From Spirochaetia bacterium (GTDB lineage: Bacteria > Spirochaetota > Spirochaetia > SZUA-6 > Bin103), in the NCBI GenBank assembly GCA_965203055.1, contig OZ241863.1, positions 800,001 through 864,000 on the forward strand: a stretch of 64,000 bases of DNA, given 5' to 3'. The stretch's first letter is position 1. Every line of letters starts with the position of its first letter. The position numbers were made by a program, and so were the translations under genes. Below are positions 59,828-64,000 of the stretch, piece by piece. The notes below the pieces were generated by a model. That model did not search any database, was not told the origin of the DNA, and saw only the letters and a list, made by a program, of their open reading frames with translations.

Positions 59828-61350
59828 GGGCGCACTTCCAATTTGTAGGTAGGCCCAAATAGAGAAGCCCTCCCAGCGACAGGTGATGTAACATCAGGCC
59901 GTCACTGGGAGGGCAACATATGTGTGATTCATTGGTAACCGAGATTCTCAACTACTGCAAGGCCACCTGTGGTCTCGAACTGGGCCGCGCTAGCGGTCCC
60001 CACGACCTGTTGCGGGCAGAACTGAGTCTCCTCAAGTGCTTGGTGCGCCTGTGCCGCGCCGCCATGGTGGAGTGGTTCAAGGAACTGGGCCGCGATTACC
60101 GCGGCGCCACGGTCCAGCGCAACGGGGTGTCGTATCGGTTTGTCGGCCACCGCTCCAAGACCCTGCACGGACTGTTCGGGACGGTACCCTACGAACGGGC
60201 CTACTACGCCAGCGGTAGCGGCCAGGGCTGGGCGCCGTTGGATGAGCGGCTCGGCATCAAGCGCGGCCATACGCCGGGCTGCCAGTACTTTCTGAGTCAG
60301 TTCGTAGCGCGCCAGGCGCACGCAGAGAGTCTGCGGCAGTTTCACGAGGTGTTCCGCGCCGACGGCGGGGAGCTGGTGTCGGAGAAGAAGGCGTTCACGA
60401 TGGTGCAGGAGGTAACGGAGGGGTTGGAACGGCAGCGCCAGCAGGAGGTGGACAACTACCAGCAGACTGCGGCGGGGCCGGAGCTGCACGAGCCGATTGG
60501 CGGGACGGTGGCGGTATGCATCGACGCGGGGAAGGTGCCGGTGCGCGGCAAGGAGCGGGTAGATGATGCCGGGAAGAAGCGCTACGAGCGGGAGTACCGG
60601 GACGCCAAGGTGGCGGTGGTGGCGGCGGTGGAGTGGGACGCTGAGGAGCAGGAGGCGCAGTGCAGCAGCAAGCCGAGCTACGTGGCGGCGAGCGAGCATG
60701 CCGACCAGTTCTTCCCGCGCATCGAAGTGGAGCTGAAACGGCGCTGCGGCGAGGGGGCGGCGCGGCAACTGGTAGTGCTGGCCGACGGGGCGGGATGGAT
60801 TTGGGATCGGGCGGAGACCTGGGCGGCAGGGGGGCTGCGGGTGTGGTACATCCTGGATTTCTGGCACGCCTGCGAGCATCTCGCGGAGGCGAGTCGGAGC
60901 GTCTACGGGGAGAGGAGCAAGCAGGCAGAGGAATGCTTTCGGAGGTGGCGGACGATGCTGCGCGGCAGTCGGGCGGGGGAAGTGATAGAGGAGCTGGAGG
61001 AGTTGCGCGACGGCGGGGGGTTGAGTGCCCGGCAGCGGCACGAGGTGCAGGGGGAGATCAACTACTTGAAGAGCAACCAGGGACGGATGGACTACCGGCG
61101 GTACCGGCGGGAGGGGCTGCCGATCGGCAGTGGGGCGGTGGAGAGTACGTGCAAGAACATGGTGGGGGCGCGGCTGAAGGGGAGCGGGATGATCTGGTCG
61201 TTGGGAGGGGCGCAGGGGATGCTGCAGCTCTGCACCTCGGTGAAGAGCGGGCGGTTCAAAAGGGACTACGCGAGCCTGCTGTCCGCCTCGGTGCCGCAGG
61301 AGGCCCAGCCACAGGCCGCCTGACGCTACCTACGTTTTGGAAGTGCGCCC
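59828..61350 (+). mobile_element. ISKra4/ISLre2-type insertion sequence, 1523 bp
   Basis: IRs GGGCGCACTTCCAATTTGTAGGTAG / GGGCGCACTTCCAAAACGTAGGTAG. Perfect 8-bp TSD CGGCGCAG at 59820-59827 and 61351-61358. Confidence 0.93.
59920..61323 (+). CDS. ISKra4-family (UPF0236) DDE transposase
   Basis: Motifs IDAG, LADGAGWIW, ILDFWHA.EHL and PIGSGAVES. Confidence 0.92.
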   Translation: MCDSLVTEILNYCKATCGLELGRASGPHDLLRAELSLLKCLVRLCRAAMVEWFKELGRDYRGATVQRNGVSYRFVGHRSKTLHGLFGTVPYERAYYASGSGQGWAPLDERLGIKRGHTPGCQYFLSQFVARQAHAESLRQFHEVFRADGGELVSEKKAFTMVQEVTEGLERQRQQEVDNYQQTAAGPELHEPIGGTVAVCIDAGKVPVRGKERVDDAGKKRYEREYRDAKVAVVAAVEWDAEEQEAQCSSKPSYVAASEHADQFFPRIEVELKRRCGEGAARQLVVLADGAGWIWDRAETWAAGGLRVWYILDFWHACEHLAEASRSVYGERSKQAEECFRRWRTMLRGSRAGEVIEELEELRDGGGLSARQRHEVQGEINYLKSNQGRMDYRRYRREGLPIGSGAVESTCKNMVGARLKGSGMIWSLGGAQGMLQLCTSVKSGRFKRDYASLLSASVPQEAQPQAA

Positions 61351-61391
61351 CGGCGCAGGAGGTTGCTGCCGGTGCCGCATCCGGACTAAGG

Positions 61392-61457
61392 ATTGCCAAA
61401 CGATACCAGGTCCGCGCGGCGCGCGCGTTCCTGCAACGGATCGGAGTAACTCCATGA
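61392..61457 (+). pseudogene. C-terminal remnant of hicA toxin
   Basis: AKRYQVRAARAFLQRIGVTP* resembles HicA C-termini and overlaps the hicB start (ATGA). Confidence 0.65.
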
Positions 61458-61726
61458 GCAGCACCATGACCTACAAAGGCTATTCGGCGCGGATCGAATA
61501 TGACGACACGGACGGCATCTTCACGGGACGGATCGCGGGCATTCGCGATGGCGCAGGATTTCACGCCGAATCGGTGGGCGCGTTGCGGGCCGCCTTTCAC
61601 GAGGCGGTCGATGATTACCTCGACACCTGCGGCAGGATCGGAAGAGAGCCGCAGAAGGCCTACGCCGACCGCGAGGTTCCCGGCCGCGCTGCGAGCGAGC
61701 GCCGGTCGCCCGACCCCGCAGGGTGA
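61454..61726 (+). CDS. hicB: HicB antitoxin, DNA-binding C-terminus apparently lost
   Basis: M.YKGY.ARIEYD...F.G.I.GIRD...FH..SV..LR.AF.EAVDDYL..C...GREPQK.Y, then unrelated sequence. Confidence 0.82.
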   Translation: MSSTMTYKGYSARIEYDDTDGIFTGRIAGIRDGAGFHAESVGALRAAFHEAVDDYLDTCGRIGREPQKAYADREVPGRAASERRSPDPAG

Positions 61727-61826
61727 CCGGGCAGGTCCCGCGGCCCGGCGCAGCCGCCCGCGCCGCCGCCCGCCACCCGCCACCCGTCGCCCCCGGGCCG
61801 TCGCCGCCGGCCCGGCGCAGGGAACG

Positions 61827-61855
61827 TTGACAGGCGGCGCGCCGGTCCCTACGGT
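61827..61855 (+). promoter_or_regulatory. Sigma70-type promoter
   Basis: TTGACA-N17-TACGGT, followed by GAGGGG and ATG 61870. Confidence 0.6.
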
Positions 61856-61869
61856 AGCGGTGAGGGGAC

Positions 61870-62526
61870 ATGGCGATGTTGAGATTCGCGGAAGAGATCA
61901 TGCTGCTCCTGCTCGATGACGAGGGCGGGAGTTTCGTAGGGGTGCCGGAGTCGTCGCTGCAGTGCGCTCTGGCGGGCGCGGTGCTGATGGACCTGGCGCT
62001 GGAAAACCGGATCGACACCGATCCGCAACAGCTTCTGCTGATCGATGCGGCTCCGGTGGGGGACGACCTGCTCGACCCGACGCTGCAACGCATCGCGCAG
62101 GCTACCGAGACCAGCGACGCCCGCTACTGGGTGGAGCGCATCTCGGAGGATGCCGGCTACATCCGCGAGGCGGTCCTCCGGCGTCTCATCGAACGCGGCA
62201 TCCTGCAGCGCCGGGAGGATCGCTTCCTTTGGGTATTCCGGTCACGGCGCTATCCGATGATCGACGGCAAGGCGGAGCGCGAGGTCAAGCTGCGGATCAT
62301 GGAGGTGTTGTTCAGCGACGTGATCCCCGACCCGCGCGACGTCGTCATCATCTGCCTGGCGGATGCCTGCGGCCTGTTCCGCGAGCTGCTGTCGCGGCGG
62401 GAGCGGCAACACGCCGAGGAGCGCATCGAACAGGTACGCAAGCTCGACCTGATCGGGCAGGCGGTGTCGCAGGCGGTGTGGGAAATCGAAGCCTCGATCG
62501 CCCTCGCCATGCGGCCAATAGTCTGA
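61870..62526 (+). CDS. GPP34 / GOLPH3-Vps74 family protein
   Basis: L...EE..LLLLDD..G, ALAGAVLMDLAL..RI, GD.LLD..L and L..RGIL......FLWVF...RYP. Confidence 0.82.
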   Translation: MAMLRFAEEIMLLLLDDEGGSFVGVPESSLQCALAGAVLMDLALENRIDTDPQQLLLIDAAPVGDDLLDPTLQRIAQATETSDARYWVERISEDAGYIREAVLRRLIERGILQRREDRFLWVFRSRRYPMIDGKAEREVKLRIMEVLFSDVIPDPRDVVIICLADACGLFRELLSRRERQHAEERIEQVRKLDLIGQAVSQAVWEIEASIALAMRPIV

Positions 62527-62555
62527 ACCAACGGTTCAGGCGGGGAGGAACGGCC

Positions 62556-63835
62556 ATGAAGAAGTACTTGGCACTCGCCGGTATCGCAGCGCTCGCCTCG
62601 GCGGGTCTTGCCTTTGCCGCCGGCGAGCAGGAGGCGGGGGCGGCGCAGACCGTCGACCTCAGCATGTGGCTGTCGGTGGACGTGTCGCCCGACCAGCTCT
62701 GGGGCGGCCCGGGCGCGAGTTCCTGGCCACGGTGGAGGCCAACTACCCGCACGTCGACCTGACCTTCACCACCGTCGGCGAGCGCGATCTGGTGCCGCAG
62801 TTCATCGCCGCCTACGGCGCCGGCGATCCGCCCGACATCGTGCAGCAGTACTCCAGCGGCACCACCAAGATGGTCAACGGCGGCTACTTCCGGGCGCTGG
62901 ACGATCTGTTCGCCGCCTATGAGGGCAAGGACAACTTCCGCGAGGGTACGCTGGACGCCTACACCTACGACGGCAAGCTCTACGGCATCCCCGCGATCGG
63001 CGGGCACCACTACATCTTCTACTACCGCAAGGACTGGTTCGCCGACGCCGGAATCCCCAATCCCAGGACCTGGGAGGAGGTGATCCGCGCCGGCCAGGCG
63101 ATGACCGGCGGCAACCGCTGGGGTTACGGCCACGCCGGCGGCCCCGGCTACGACCAGGGTCCGGCCTACTTTCAGATCATGCTGCTCAGCGCCGGCGGCG
63201 AGATCGTCGATGACGACGGCAATGCGGCGTTCAACAGCCCCGTCGGCGCCGCGGTAGCGGAGTTTCAGCGCGACTGGATCGCCAAGTACGGCATCAGCCC
63301 GGAGACCATCGCCGCGGCCGACGACGCCGAAATCGAAGCCGGGTTCCGCGCCGGGGTCTACGGCAGCTACATCGACGGCATCTGGGAGTACAAGCAGATG
63401 AGCCAGCAGGCCGCCGACATGTTCCCGCACGTCGGGGTGGCGCCGATTCCGAAGACCGTCGAGGCGGGCCGGCACGTTACCTACAGCGACAACTGGGCGC
63501 TGTTCATGCCGGCCAACATTGCCGCCGAGAAGGTCGCTCCGGCGTTCGAGCTGATGACCCTGTGGATCAACGTCACCGACGCGCCGTACGGCAAGCTGGG
63601 CGGCTTCCTGCCGATCCTCAAGGACGTGCAGCCCGACTTCGACGACCCGGAGGTGAAGCGCATCATGCTGGAGGAGATCGCGCCGACGGTGGTGCCGCTG
63701 CCGCGCCTGGAGAATCTGCCGGAGATGAACGATCTGTTGGCCAGCGCCCTTGGCAAGGTACTGCTGGGGGACGAGACCGCGCAGGCGGCGCTGGACGCCG
63801 CCGCCGACCGCTACGACACGCTGTTCGCCAACTGA
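62556..63835 (+). CDS. Sugar ABC solute-binding protein, frameshifted near 62713
   Basis: GGAGG SD and signal peptide MKKYLALAG...AFA-AGEQE in one frame. GDPPDI, DGKLYGIP, YYRKDWF and PRTWEE are in the next frame. Confidence 0.82.
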
Positions 63836-63944
63836 CCGTCGCGGCGGCCCCGCTCCCGGGCGGCCGCCGCCGCGCGGCGCGGGCCGCCGGCGGATCGTAC
63901 GGCCGGCGGGCGCGGCAGGCGCGGTTCCGGCGCCGCACTGAACC

Positions 63945-64000
63945 TTGAAACGCACCGGCGCGCCGCTGCTGCGCTACCTCAACCGGCACCGGTTCCAGTA
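63945..64000 (+). CDS. Possible start of the next ABC permease (partial)
   Basis: Open frame LKRTGAPLLRYLNRHRFQ after an SBP; context only. Confidence 0.3.
   Translation, partial: MKRTGAPLLRYLNRHRFQ

Noticed and set aside
1..64000. tRNA, rRNA or riboswitch genes
   Set aside because: None recognised by eye. A covariance-model scan would be needed to exclude them.

Overview
High-GC bacterial window, probably from a spirochaete (inferred only from the AAGxEE-type signal peptides of the solute-binding proteins). It has four blocks. (1) 1-12.3 kb is a lower-GC surface-polysaccharide cluster: MurJ-like flippase, four GT4 and one GT2 glycosyltransferases, a SAM methyltransferase, an AsnB-type amidotransferase and an O-antigen ligase/polymerase-like gene. 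Its intergenic gaps hold decayed Rpn and IS fragments. (2) 12.9-26.8 kb is an FRG-domain gene followed by a 12-kb mosaic array of three divergent Rpn/YhgA-like PD-(D/E)XK nuclease types (called A, B, C here). All share a near-identical 3' tail and an internal SD+ATG (RpnS-like antitoxin start). The array contains orphan tail cassettes, a ~4-kb tandem duplication and an IS256 insertion. (3) 26.8-39.5 kb is metabolism: HisC-like aminotransferase, stand-alone homocysteine methyltransferase domain, amidase, two convergent sugar ABC operons and an HpcH aldolase. (4) 39.5-61.7 kb is a defence island: a type I R-M system interleaved with a Lamassu/ABC-3C system, HepT-MntA, a cytochrome P450, ATPase-nuclease genes, orphan HicBs, a 1635-aa NTPase-repeat-PLD-like protein and an ISKra4-type element. 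A GPP34/GOLPH3 gene and a third SBP follow. The best candidate for an undescribed system is the link between the Rpn array and the polysaccharide locus. One glycosyltransferase start codon sits exactly in the RpnS start slot of a dead rpnA, and the array carries a 36-nt relic of a diverged allele of a neighbouring glycosyltransferase. All alignments were done by eye, and some single-base frameshifts may be sequencing errors.
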